Below are positions 53,101-64,000 of a DNA stretch of 64,000 nucleotides, piece after piece; within the stretch, counting starts at the first letter, position 1, and each line of letters begins with the position of its first letter. The stretch is from Geosiphon pyriformis uo1 (Eukaryota; Fungi; Glomeromycota), in contig JAAOMT010000786.1 of NCBI GenBank assembly GCA_016748015.1, positions 685,814 through 749,813 of the forward strand, written 5' to 3'. Made by a program: the position numbers and the translations under genes. The notes below the pieces were generated by a model, which saw only the letters and a list, made by a program, of their open reading frames with translations, was not told the DNA's origin and made no database searches.

Positions 53101-53180
53101 AGAATTTGGTGAATTATAAGTGGTTTGTTTCTATAATTTCTGATTCTGCCACTTTTAGATGATTGTTGTTGGTGCTATTT
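45535..53180 (-). pseudogene. Gypsy-2 gag-pol (decayed): gag, protease ~50800-50430, Cys-rich ~50050-49440, dUTPase ~49200-48780, RT ~48330-47400, RNase H, integrase ~46913-45535
   Basis: ORF-track fragments 52775-53101, 50688-51374, 48225-49517, 47862-48206, 47403-47729, 46362-46544, 45792-45977. Confidence 0.9.
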
Positions 53181-53213
53181 TCTATAGGATTATATTTCAC
53201 AGAGAGCACCAAA

Positions 53214-54004
53214 TGTTACAGGTAATTATTTGGAGTCTCAAATCAAATAACAAATCTGTAACTTGGTGCTCAATTGATAGTTGATAATGTTGGTTTCTAA
53301 AAGTGTTTATGAATCTGAAGGTTTTAGTATAGAGTTCTTTGTATAATAGACAGAGATTTAATAGTTGTTTCAGTAGTCTCTCAGAATCACAATTCCATCA
53401 AATTTTTTTCTCAGTATGGTGGCCAGTAATCTTTCTGGTAAGCTATCCTCAAATCTATGAGTGTTTTACCCTTGTTTTATAGGTCTTTTACTAGTCCTTA
53501 TAATGTCTGTAACTCAGCACTTTAATCTTTAATCAATTAGTCAACCAAAAAGAAATACAAAAAAAATAAAGAAATGAGCAAAAACAATTACAAGTTAGTA
53601 TCCCATCAATAGCTGTAATCAAGAGCTATTGTTCTAGTATGGTTAAGTATCAATTACTATCAACATAAAGTGTTGATAGTGGGGAGTGGATTGAAATAAT
53701 AAATAATTATTTATTGATATTTGTGAATGGAAAATTGCTTAGATCAAATCTAAACTGAGAGGTCTGTCTTTTTTACTTTTAACACTACCACTATATATAT
53801 ATAATTGAGATTCCTCAATTTCTCAATTCTTCACACCAAAAATCCTGAAATTCTGGAATCCTACAATTCTTTGTATGAGAATTCTGAAATTCTTGAAATC
53901 CTGTAATTCCTTTTGAGAGAAATCCTGGAATTCCACATTTATTACAGCTACTTCTAATTGGCTAATTTATATGCTAATATACTTCCTATATTTTATAAGT
54001 AATA
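53214..54004 (-). repeat. Gypsy-2 5' LTR
   Basis: Ends ...CTGTAACA followed by TT and the PBS on the minus strand. Confidence 0.93.
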
Positions 54005-55625
54005 ATAGATAAAAGTCAAGAGTTATTTGAGTAATATGAGAAATAACTAAGCAAATACTTTAACAAAAGTTGCAGCTTACTTTGGTTTGTTTCTTGTTTA
54101 TTATATTCATAAAAAGTTTTTGTTGGCTAATGATAAAACAATATCAAGAAATATCTGTTATTTTATGCATAATATTTATAAATCAATTAATTATGTTAAC
54201 TAAAAGATTGGTTCTGACATTAGAATTATAACTGACTTATTTATTTGTATTATCAATTAGCAGTACACAGCATTAATTTGGCATTCAGATTTTTACATAT
54301 GTGCTAATACTATTGGCAAAACATCTTCAGATTTGTGCACATATTTTATAAAGACTATACATAGGAGACTATCAGTTGTTATTAAGAAGAAGCTTTATAA
54401 TAGAAGTTATCTTGGTGTTTGATGTTTAATATGTAGTAGAATAGAGTTTTTTGATCATGTCTTTATATGTTCAAACAATACTAACTCTTATAAGAATGTG
54501 GTATAAGAGATGGTCTTTCACTGAAAAGCTTTAGTTAAAGCAAACAAGTTTTTGGTATTAGTGATTATTCAGAATTTTTTGTCAAGTTTATTAAATGTTA
54601 ATCTGTATGAGCTTTTTGGTAAGAGTTTTGTCTTAAAAAGATAGTATAAAAAAGTGATAATAATTTTTAAAAATAAAAAAAAGACAGTTTTGGTTATAAT
54701 AAAATTTGTTTACAAATTTGTTGTGTATTACAAAACTATAATATGAACTTTTAGATCCAAGTTTAAAGTGAATATAAAAAGCAGTAGTTTGATTAATAAT
54801 ATGAATGTGATTTCTGAAATTTCATGTTTTAGGTCTTTTTAATTGTTAGATAATATTATTCATTTGTTTAGAATTAAAAAAATGTTTGTAATTAGCTTTG
54901 GTTTCAGAGTTCTTGTTTGTTTTTTTTAGGTTTGAATAATAAGATCTTAATTTAAATAAGTATATAGTATAGTCTTAATTAGTTTAAATGACTAATTATA
55001 TGTAGAAAGCATGTAAATTATATTTGGTTAAAGACTCTTAATATGTTTTTTTGTATTAGATAGTAATTGGGCTGCACTCATAAAACAATAAAAAAAAAAG
55101 CTTTGAAATAATATTTATATTATTATTGTTAAAAATAATATTTTTATTAAATATTATTATTTATCTATATTAATATTAATATTAATATTATTCAAATTGT
55201 TTATTAAAGCAATTACTAAACAAGAAAAAAAGCCAGCATTATTATTATTAAACTTCAGAAAAAAACTTTTTTTTGTTTTATTTGTAAAAAAAATTCTTAT
55301 TAATAAAACTAAAATTCAAATCTTTAGTACTTTTATTAATACTAATAATATTACCAAACTTGTTAACAGTCTTATATTTAAACAAAAAAGATAAAAATAT
55401 CAAGTTAAATGTTGAAAACTAAAACAAAAGTAAAAATTCAATTTTAACTTTTATTATTATTATAAGAATAAGAGTTATTTAATCCAATCCAATATTGGTT
55501 ATTTCAGTCATTAGTTAACAACATAAAAAAAATAAATCAAAATATTTTTATTAAATTAAAAATCTTGTTTACATTTTCAGAATCTTTAATAATAAAAATA
55601 AAAAATCTTTTTTCTACTTCCCCCA

Positions 55626-56765
55626 ATGTATTCCGAGAAATAAGCACAGAACTTGGGCTGACCTCTCACCTGATTTTAATCAGTTATTGGAAAATGGTGA
55701 AGCTCACGATGTTTTGATATATGTCGGTGAAGGACCAAATATTAAAGAATTACGAGCTCATTCTCTAGTTTTACGAACGAGATCCCTATACTTTCGTATC
55801 GCTTTCTCGGGTAACTGGGTGCGTAAAGAATGGGATTTTTATATCTTTAGAAACTTTATGTTTAAAACCCAATTTATTATTTGCTACTGGGGAGCACTTA
55901 ACGTTAGAGCAGGCGGTTTTCACATTGTTGCGCCAGCGAGATGATTTTCGAATGAAAAGAAATAGATTTATGGGAGAAAGTAGTCACATGGGAAATTGCT
56001 CAAATCAAAGAGATCGATACCAATGTTATTAATTGGACAGAATATGATTTTGCTGCAAATGAGATTCTTACATCTTTCTTCGGAAGATTTCTATTATAAA
56101 GTGTGGCCTTACAGGGAATTACTGCCAAAATCTTTAAAGAATAAAAATTTGAAGCATTTTATGGTGCAGGTAGTCAAGATGACCTTTCCTTAATGCCACG
56201 GCGACATCCCCCAATCAATCCGGTTATTATTGAATCCAAGCATGCGGGGATCATTGCGAGTTTCTACAATAAAATTACCAATCCTTATCTCATCAAATTA
56301 TTTTACACAAGTTTAGGCTAAATAATCCGTAAACTCCTATTACGAGGAGGTCGAAATGGGTATAATGGAACGACACGCCATTTGAAATGTGATTTTAAAG
56401 GGCCAACAGTAAAGTAGCCGGCAAAGCTGACCTGATCGGTGGGTATAATCCGCTTGAATGGAAACCAAAACCAGGAATACCCATCGATCATAACGCTTTT
56501 TTGGGTAACATAGGATAGTTTCCTTTTCACCCTTGGTGATGGGAAAAATCTCGACTCGGCCAAAGTTAGACGCGTCAATAGTCCCACTTATGCGATTAGG
56601 CATATGACATCGGCTGGAGAAATCATTGGGCAGCCAAGCGCTTATGACGAAAATTTTATGAATGGCCGGCTAATGAAGCTACATGATTATGAAGTGTTTC
56701 AAATAATCAAATATTTGAGCCACAGACCCACAACAGATCGTCTAGACGGTTTTTTTGTGTTCTGA
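55626..56765 (+). pseudogene. BTB/POZ-BACK-TLDc domain pseudogene
   Basis: DVLIYVGEGPNIKELRAHSLVLRTRSLYFRIAFS (BTB); RFLHLSSEDFYYKVWPY; KLLLRGGRNG...KCDFKGPTV, GYNPLEW, SFLF, DYEVFQI (TLDc); stops, frameshifts and internal deletions. Confidence 0.8.
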
Positions 56766-56940
56766 CTTCCTACAGATCCTAATCTCATTAATTTCTGGAA
56801 TTCGAAATTATTTATCTTTACCCTTCTTTTGACTCGAAGCAATAAATCTAGGCTAATTCAGTTAGAATTTTTCAAAAACATCGGTACCCGATCAAGGATA
56901 TTAAAAGGCATTTCCGCTGTCACTAAGATTGAATCAAAAC

Positions 56941-57376
56941 TCAATGTGACAAATATTTGCGCCCTTTGAATTTTCTTCGAGCCAACATCTTTCTCCCATT
57001 TTTGGTTCTGATTCTTGACAAGTAACCGTGTTTTCTTTTCCGTTTTATGTTGCTAGGTTGATATGAAGTACCCCGTTTTTTGAATCGCACTTGTTGACAA
57101 AATGGTGGAAAGAAGAACGTTGTAGGAAACACAGTTGAAGGAGTATTCGGCATTAAGCGTGCTCCATGCAATAAATCGCTACAACTTTGAAATTAGAGAG
57201 TATTGGGCGCGTAAAATAAGTTGAAACTTAGGCGGGCAGGAAGTAAAATACCTAAACAAGAATGAGGGCCATGCTATTAATTTGTTGGACTGAAGAGTAG
57301 ATGGTGTTATGGTGGAAGGTTTTTCAAAAGAAGATTTGACGACTCTCACCAGTCGTCTTGTCCAGGACACAAGCAT
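56941..57376 (-). CDS. MRPL34: Mitochondrial ribosomal protein bL34m; 2 exons
   Basis: [44 protein letters not shown]; Arg/Ser-rich presequence; GT-AG intron at ~57180-57251. Confidence 0.93.
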
Positions 57377-57776
57377 TTTTCATGAATTTCAATCAGCTAC
57401 GTTGTCAATTCTATGGTGAAAGAGAATTTTGATTGGCTAATTAAATCTTTGGAAACAAAAATCTATTTTGATCAGTCATATGATTTGATTTTCGATTTCA
57501 ATCAAGGGCGAGACCCAGTAGATCAGGAAATTTTGGTTTTTCGATCCAGTCATGTTTTTACTTTTTCATATAGATGAACTCGTTACGGACATATGCCAAT
57601 ATATATATAATGAAGATCTAGATAATTAAGTATTGACATTAGGACGTTTAGAAAATGTTCTGGTAATTAGAGATTTGAGACCATATCGGCTTTAATCACA
57701 CCACGACTTTTCTTTGATGAATTATCCAATTTTGAGCTTCTCCTTTTGGACTCTTTGATCGATAGAATTCCATTTT

Positions 57777-60058
57777 TTAAACTTCGCTACTTTGATGAAA
57801 ACTTTTCTTTAATCTTTCGTAGAGTCTTCTAAAAAATCCACGCTTGTTGCTATCGCTACTTGTGCCTGTGTTGGGGTAAGAGTACGCGGATGATGATGAG
57901 GACAAGAATGAGAATGTTGAAGGGAAAGATGAGGAGGATGCGGACTTTTTACTATTATAGGAAATGCCTTCAACTGAAGCCCTGTAAGTTTCCATCAGTT
58001 CACGTTGCCGAGTCGTCAGATTCCTGATCGATCCAAAAAAAATTGTTAGGGAGTTTTGAATCAAAATGAATTAAAAAGTTAAATATGACTAAATAATCAC
58101 TTTGGCAGGTTCACTTTGAAGGTTATAATCTGATCGCCACGCTCTTCAGAATTCAGCTTCGGAACGCCACGTGACTTAAGCTTGCTCTGCTGATCAGGCT
58201 GAGCACCTGTTGGAACTTTTAGCTCAACCTCACCATCCACAGTAGGAATGCGAATAAATCCCCCGAGAATAGCAGTATAGAAAGGTATATTCGCATTATA
58301 TAGGATATCGAAGTTGCTACGTTTAAATATCGAGGAGGGCGCGACGTTTACAACAACATACAAATCACCAGGAGGACCATCAGAGTCGCGGGGAACGTCA
58401 CCTTGTCCAGTAAGTTGAATTCGCATCTTATTGTCAATTCCTAAAATTTTAAGAAATTTAAAACACACCTTATGTGAAACCCTCTTAACATTATTTACTT
58501 GATAAATGAGATTATTTATGCTTGCCTGGAGGTATTTCAACGTTTACAACCTTCTTTGCTTTGACCCTTCCAGCACCTCCACATGTTGTACAGCGATTAC
58601 CAGCAAGAACCTTTGTACCCTTACCCCGACATTCCCTGCAGGTATTTTGTACATGAAATCCACTAGAAAGAGTCATCCATTGCATTCCAGTACCTGAACA
58701 TGCCGGACATCTATCAGATTTCTTGCCACTTTTTGTTCCATAGCCCTTACAAGACTTGCAATAAGCTACTGGATCAATGGTGATTGTTCTGTTGGTCCCT
58801 TTAACGGCCTCCATGAAATCTATGTTTATTGATGTCTGTTTATCGTTAGAAAAAGCAAAGTTCAATGAATATATTTATAAGCATCATAAATCAAAGGTAT
58901 AATACCTCAATATCTAGCCCCTGTGAATATCCTCGTCCCTTGCCTGTAGTAAAGCTACCACCAAAAATATGGCTCATAAAGTCCAAAGGATCCCCAAACC
59001 CTCCACCAGAAGATTTGAACTTTGAAAAATCCTCGAAATCATGGCTGCTTCCAAACCCTCCCGCACCAGTGGGTCTTTCTGTTTATCAAATGATTGTTAA
59101 GACAAAGAAGGTTAAACTTTTCCAGAAACTGAAAGTTAGTTCTTAACAATCAATACCTGAAAAGGAATGTCCATACTGATCATATTGAGCACGTTTTTCC
59201 TCATCTGAAAGTATCTAATTGATTCGAACTCCTCAAGATTAAATTCATTTCAATATAAAAATCAAACTTGAAAAGTTCAAGAGCACAAAACTTGCATCGT
59301 ATGCTTCCTGAACCTCTACAAATTTTTCTTTTGCGTTAGGATCCTTATTGGTATCGGGGTGATATTTCTTGGCGAGCTGAAAAATCCAAATTTCTTAATA
59401 TTCAAGGTATATATTTTTTTGTTAAAAGAACTCCGAAAAATACCGAATAATACGCCTTTTTGATATCAGGTTGAGGAGCGTCTTTTGCTACGCCGAGCGT
59501 CGCGTAATAGTCCTTTTTTTGTAATTGATTCACTATTTTTATAACAAAAAAATTTCAGAATCATCAAAATCCAAGGCATTTGAAGGGATTAGATAAAAAA
59601 ACAAGTCTCACCTGACGTGTGGAATGATCGCTTATTTTGAATCAGAAAAATTTTCATTAATTAAATGCAGTTAATTTTGGTTTTGAAATTGGTAAAATAG
59701 ATAAATGTACCTTACATTTGATTGAAATATTATGATAGAGGATCGCGTAGAAGGCCAAATCAAGTTAGAACTGGCTGAGTTATTATGGAAGAGACAGATT
59801 CAGTCAAATACGTAGAAATTCTCAATGAGATCCAGGGTTTGCCATTAAAAAAGAAGGGCAATTTTCAAGCCTACTTGCAGAATATGGGGAAAGGTTTTTA
59901 ATATCAGCGGGTAGCCGTCCCCGCGTACAACTAAGCAGACCGCGGATTTGTTGTTTCCCCTTTAAAATTGGATTTTTATGTGTTGAAGAGGGAGACTTAG
60001 CATAATTATGAATGAGACAACGAACTGCAGAACGCAAAGAGGTTGTTTTTGAAGTCAT
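57777..60058 (-). CDS. MDJ1: Mitochondrial type-I DnaJ/Hsp40 co-chaperone (Mdj1/Tid1-like); 10 exons
   Basis: Presequence ending RSFHTS; J-domain DYYATLGV...[11 protein letters not shown]; G/F region; four CxxCxGxG repeats; GDLYV, IPTVDG; two GC-AG introns. Confidence 0.92.
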
Positions 60059-60267
60059 TAAAAATCTTTAGAGCAATGTCTTTGAATTAAATTTTAAGGC
60101 TAAAGAGTTCGATAAAATTAACGCACAAGGTACACTCTAACAGAAAATTTTTGAGTTAAAGGCCGTTATGCTATTTAAATATTTTAGATAGTCAGTGAGT
60201 CATTCAGGGCTCTCAAAATTGATCAACATAAAAATACAGTCGCGCGTCTCTATATTTTGTGTTTTAT

Positions 60268-60299
<32 letters not shown>

Positions 60300-60852
60300 T
60301 TTCCATTTATTCTTAACGTTATAATTTATTAGTATTTTTTTGATATATTTAAAATTTGTATTTTCTTTAAATTGTGTTTTATTAAATATTTTAGTTTTAT
60401 AATTTCTGAAACCAAAAATTATTTAATAATAATATAATTAAATAATTTGATTAACAATATAAAAAATAATTTAATCAAGTTAATTTTGATTACACTATCA
60501 TTATTTGTTTTACAATTATTATTTAATTTTAAATATGGAGATGCAATTTATTCTTTAATTCTTAAAGATAACTTTGAATAAATTATAAATTTAATAGCAC
60601 TAATTTTTATAAAATAAATAAATATTATTATATAAAAACACATTTTCAAAAATAAAATTGTATTAAAAAATAAATAATAATCAAATATTATTGAATTTGT
60701 AATAAAAAACATTATAAATATACAATAAATAATTATTAATGTATTTTTTAAAATTTTAAACAATTGTAATTTAAAAATAAAAAATAATTACAATATTATT
60801 TTTTATTGCAAAATACAAAATACAATTATTATTATTATTATTATTGTTGTTG

Positions 60853-61000
60853 TTTTTTTTTTTATTGTTTTACAAGTGCAGTCCAACCACTATCTAAGTA
60901 CATAAAATCATACAAGATTTTAAATTAAGCATAGCTTATGCTTTTTCTACATATAACTAGTTATTTGGGCCAACCAAAATAGTATTATACACTCAACTTA
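60853..61000 (-). mobile_element. 3' end (3' UTR plus poly-A) of a third LINE copy
   Basis: Reverse complement ...ATGTACTTAGATAGTGGTTGGACTGCACTTGTAAAACAATAAAAAAAA matches the LINE-A and LINE-B 3' ends. Confidence 0.75.
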
Positions 61001-61488
61001 CTTGTTAAGAAAACATTTCTTAAAAAACTGAAATTTACACTAAACAAATTAAAATGTAATCCAAAGCAAACATAAATATTTAACTTAACATTAAAACTAT
61101 AAATTAACTTAAAAGACTACAAAAATGACAAACTAAAAACTGAAAAGATAATTGACTTATTATGTAATAAAAAATTATGTTTTTCATAGTAAAATCCTAA
61201 CTTAATAACTGGCATCCAAATGGCAGATTTGTAATTTTTAACCAGACTTTAGACTAAATTAACAATTAACATATTACTATTAGATTCAGTATCCAAATAT
61301 TGTATTATGTTATTTATTTAACTTTTTAGCATGAAGCTCTTAGCTAATAATATATATAAATTAGTAGATAGCTTAATTTTATATAGAAACCAAACAATTA
61401 CATTATTTTTAGCAGATATGTTTAATAACCCATTTTATTTCATAATAGTGTTTAATAATAATTACTTCCTAAAGTTATTATTATGTGT

Positions 61489-64000
61489 TGTTACAAGTAA
61501 ACTTGGTGGGTAATGGAAATAGTAATGTTTAGTGCTCTCAATTATAGATAACACATCTTCTATATAACTCTGTTGGCTTAGTCTTGATTATCAGTCTCTG
61601 AAGGTTTATTTCTGGATGTAAATTTACCTGTTGAGTTCTTTGGTTATAAGGCACAGAGTTTGTCTTTTGTTGATTGCAACATTTTCTGTAAATGTAAGCT
61701 TTCTTCTCTGAGCTAATGAGTACAGTTGTTAGAGTCTGACATTGTTTTTTTACCCTTCTGATAAGCTAACAAGATAACATTAATATTCAAAACCTAGGGA
61801 GAGCCTCCTTTTTTTACCAGGCTATCATGAAGTCTATTCCCAGACAGTCAATTTTACTATGTTGCCACTCCACAAAAGAAAATAAGAAAGAAAAGAAAAG
61901 AAAGAAAAGAAAAGATAAATTAGTATCGTCAATTGCCATAATCAAGAGCAATTGATCTAAGTTATTAATAGTTCAAGACAATTATGCTAAGAACATCTGT
62001 TCTGGAACAAAGATACAAAACAATGGTTAATTCACATAAATTCCACACAGTTCGAGCACATAAATTCATGATTTTGATTTTTTAATAATGAATTTATTTC
62101 AGAAGATGAATATGGAATATAATAAATGAGGAGAGGGTATAAATATTTGTTTTTTTTCTAGTGGTTCGTATCTATCTGTCTGTCCTTTTTTTCTATTTTC
62201 TACAACTACTTGCTTTTATACATTCTTTTGGTTTTACAGGATTGTTTCTGATTGTTTTGTTATTGCTAACTATTGCTTTTGTTATTTCTGTTATTGCTTC
62301 ATTTTTCTATGTTATTACTAGTTATTCTATATTATAACATGTTACCTGGTATTATTACATGTTATTTTGTGTTATCCTATGTTATAACACATTATCTGGT
62401 ATTATTATATGTTATTCTGTGTTATCCTACATTATAACGCATTATTCTGTGCTATCCTAAGTTATAATGTATTATCCAACATTATTGTGCACTATTCTGT
62501 GTTATGTCATGTTCTGGTCACATTTTTTCCTAACTTTGAATCAGTTTTTCTACTTGGGTAACATTATTCCTCTCTTTTTAGTATTGAGCTCCTGCAAAAT
62601 CATATGTATCTGTTTCTATGTCTTCGTTCATGTAATGTTTGATGGTTGCATTGAGTATTGTTTTTTGTAGGTCTTCAAACTGTCAATTGGTAATTTGTCC
62701 TATGTTGTTAACTGTTATCATCTTTATAGATCTATACAACAGTATGTTTGGACAATATTGGAAAGTGGCATATAATTAGTATACTGCTTTGTAATATAGA
62801 ATTAAGTTGCTTCTTCCTACAAATTTTTCTATTTGTTGTATTGCTTCTTTGTTGAAAGTTTTCTGGCTGAGATCTCCATATGGTGTCTTCAAATTTAGTT
62901 GTTTACCAATTTTGTAGAACCAATATGCTGGAGGAAGTCTTTCTTTTTATTCCTGGATGTTGTCAGGCGTTTACTCTTCTGTTTTAGGGAGTTCAGTTCC
63001 ACAAGCTAAAGCTTTTTTTATTTCTTCAAGCTCAGAGACCAAGTATTTTCTTTTATAAAATAATTCTTGTTCCTCCATGTTTTTTTCAAGCCCTGTTTGA
63101 AACGAATTAATTCTTTTTTGTAAAAATTTTTTCTCGGGCAGAATGTAGGGATGAAAACAGTTAGTTCTAGTTGAATTTTTGCCCATCTCTTTTTTCTTTT
63201 TATCTCTATATCTTATCTTTTTTCTATTAATTATAATTTCTATGTAAGATGTCGATTTTTGAATTGTTTCAAATAATTGTTTAGATAATTTTAAAATTTG
63301 ATTTGGAAGGTCTATGTTAAAATTTCTATTGTTTCTTGCTGCTTTTCAGATGCTATATATATTTGAATTCTCCAATTTAATTTGCTGTATGTTGTCTATG
63401 TTTTGATAACGATGATTGGTTTCAGATCTTGTGGTATATCTTCTGGTGTGATTAATGAAATTTGTGTTCCTAGTTGAGGTATTGATGATGATAATTCTTG
63501 TTTTGCATGATAAATTTTTAACTGATTTCTATGCGCTACTTTCTTTAAAATCCTGTCTTCCAATTGTAATTTGTAAGCTCTATTTCCTAATGTTTTATGT
63601 ATGTGGAATAGATCATCCCACTTTGGGTCAAACTTTCCACTTCACTGTTTCTCAGCTTTTGTATGATGTAACAATACTTGGTCTCCAATCTTGAATTCCA
63701 TTAGTTGTTCTGATAGGCATTTATTATGTCTTTCTTTTTGTTGTTCTTGAGCATGACTAATATTGTCAGCTGCTGTTTTTCAATTGTTTTTCAATGTTTC
63801 CATTAGCTGGTACATTCTTTGGTATAAAGTAGCTTCAAAATTCTCTTCATTGATTGTTTCTGTTGGATATGACAGTATTACTCATTCAATTAGTAACATA
63901 GCTTTTCTTCCATAGACTAGTTCAAACAGTGTAAACTAAGTTATATTTTGTTTCAATATTTGGTATGTTAAGAGTACAGAAGGTATGAATAAGTCTCATT
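61489..64000 (-). mobile_element. Gypsy-3, 3' portion (3' LTR 61489-62563, PPT, accessory ORF, integrase C-terminus); continues beyond the window
   Basis: LTR TGTTAC...GTAACA with ~50-bp tandem units at ~62330-62510; PPT AAAAAGAGAGGAATAA; integrase tail (FELVYGRKA, QEQQKERHN, EFKIGD). Confidence 0.9.
62564..63186 (-). pseudogene. Gypsy-3 3' accessory ORF (decayed)
   Basis: MGKNSTRTNCFHPY...YWFYKIGKQL...KAVYxLYATF...ITVNNIGQITNxQFEDL. Confidence 0.72.

Larger units (their letters stand above)
44050..54004 (-). mobile_element. Gypsy-2, full-length Ty3/Gypsy element (9955 bp), 4-bp TSD ATAG
   Basis: LTRs 44050-44824 and 53214-54004; PBS TGGTGCTCTCT; PPT AAAAAGAGAAGAA; gag CHYC...HLKIDC, PR LILDS, Cys-rich, dUTPase (LASRSSLAKKGI), RT, RNH (TDASG), IN (SDQGT, VERFKRTL); ATAG on both sides. 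Confidence 0.95.
39857..55099 (+). mobile_element. LINE-B, older 5'-truncated copy of the same LINE lineage, interrupted by Gypsy-2
   Basis: ORF1 tail ends at 40356, ORF2 starts at 40353; RT remnants LIETARKI, KNTSTQNPIF; RNase H rejoins across the insertion as VK(W)IKVKS; 3' end GGGCTGCACTCATAAAACAATAAAAAAAAAA. Confidence 0.88.

Noticed and set aside
53204-53271. Firm call of Tf1-type self-priming
   Set aside because: The PBS has a normal TGG tRNA-type start and the likely TATA lies ~500 nt upstream of the anti-PBS, so the anti-PBS is probably not the transcript 5' end.
53810-53935. Heat-shock elements in the Gypsy-2 LTR
   Set aside because: GAA/TTC spacing does not give three correctly phased nGAAn units.
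56941-60058. Mitochondrial-function gene cluster (MRPL34 plus MDJ1)
   Set aside because: Two adjacent housekeeping genes from a large functional class; no evidence beyond chance adjacency.
62330-62510. CRISPR-like repeat array
   Set aside because: Tandem units without unique spacers, inside a eukaryotic LTR.

Overview
Eukaryotic, fungal sequence. Short spliceosomal introns, a BTB-BACK-TLDc gene relic and the transposon content best fit a Glomeromycotina (AM fungus / Geosiphon-like) genome; the taxon is an inference. Two compact, CpG-retaining gene islands sit among AT-rich, C-to-T-eroded transposon DNA. Island 1 (2.9-15 kb): CSA/ERCC8-like WD40 gene, a ThDP-dependent 2-oxoacid (pyruvate) decarboxylase directly followed by a Leu/Val/Phe-type amino-acid dehydrogenase, COX16 (cut by an assembly gap) and a MAPK dual-specificity phosphatase. 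Island 2 (55.6-60.1 kb): BTB-TLDc pseudogene, mitochondrial bL34 and MDJ1-like DnaJ. Between them is a ~35 kb nest of two LINEs (APE-RT-RNaseH), each interrupted by a full-length ~9.9 kb Gypsy element with a 4-bp TSD, plus solo/split LTRs. A third Gypsy family starts at 61.5 kb. Top candidates: (i) unusual cargo shared by divergent Gypsy families (a three-module Cys/Zn domain, dUTPase plus a dUTPase-like repeat, and a conserved non-env 3' ORF reading to the PPT/3' LTR, with a PY-NLS-like motif in two copies); (ii) an anti-PBS sequence in U5 that folds over the primer-binding site; (iii) a possible two-gene Ehrlich-type module (dehydrogenase plus decarboxylase); (iv) relaxed splice donors (3 GC-AG and one apparent GG-AG intron). 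All exon structures and alignments were done by eye.
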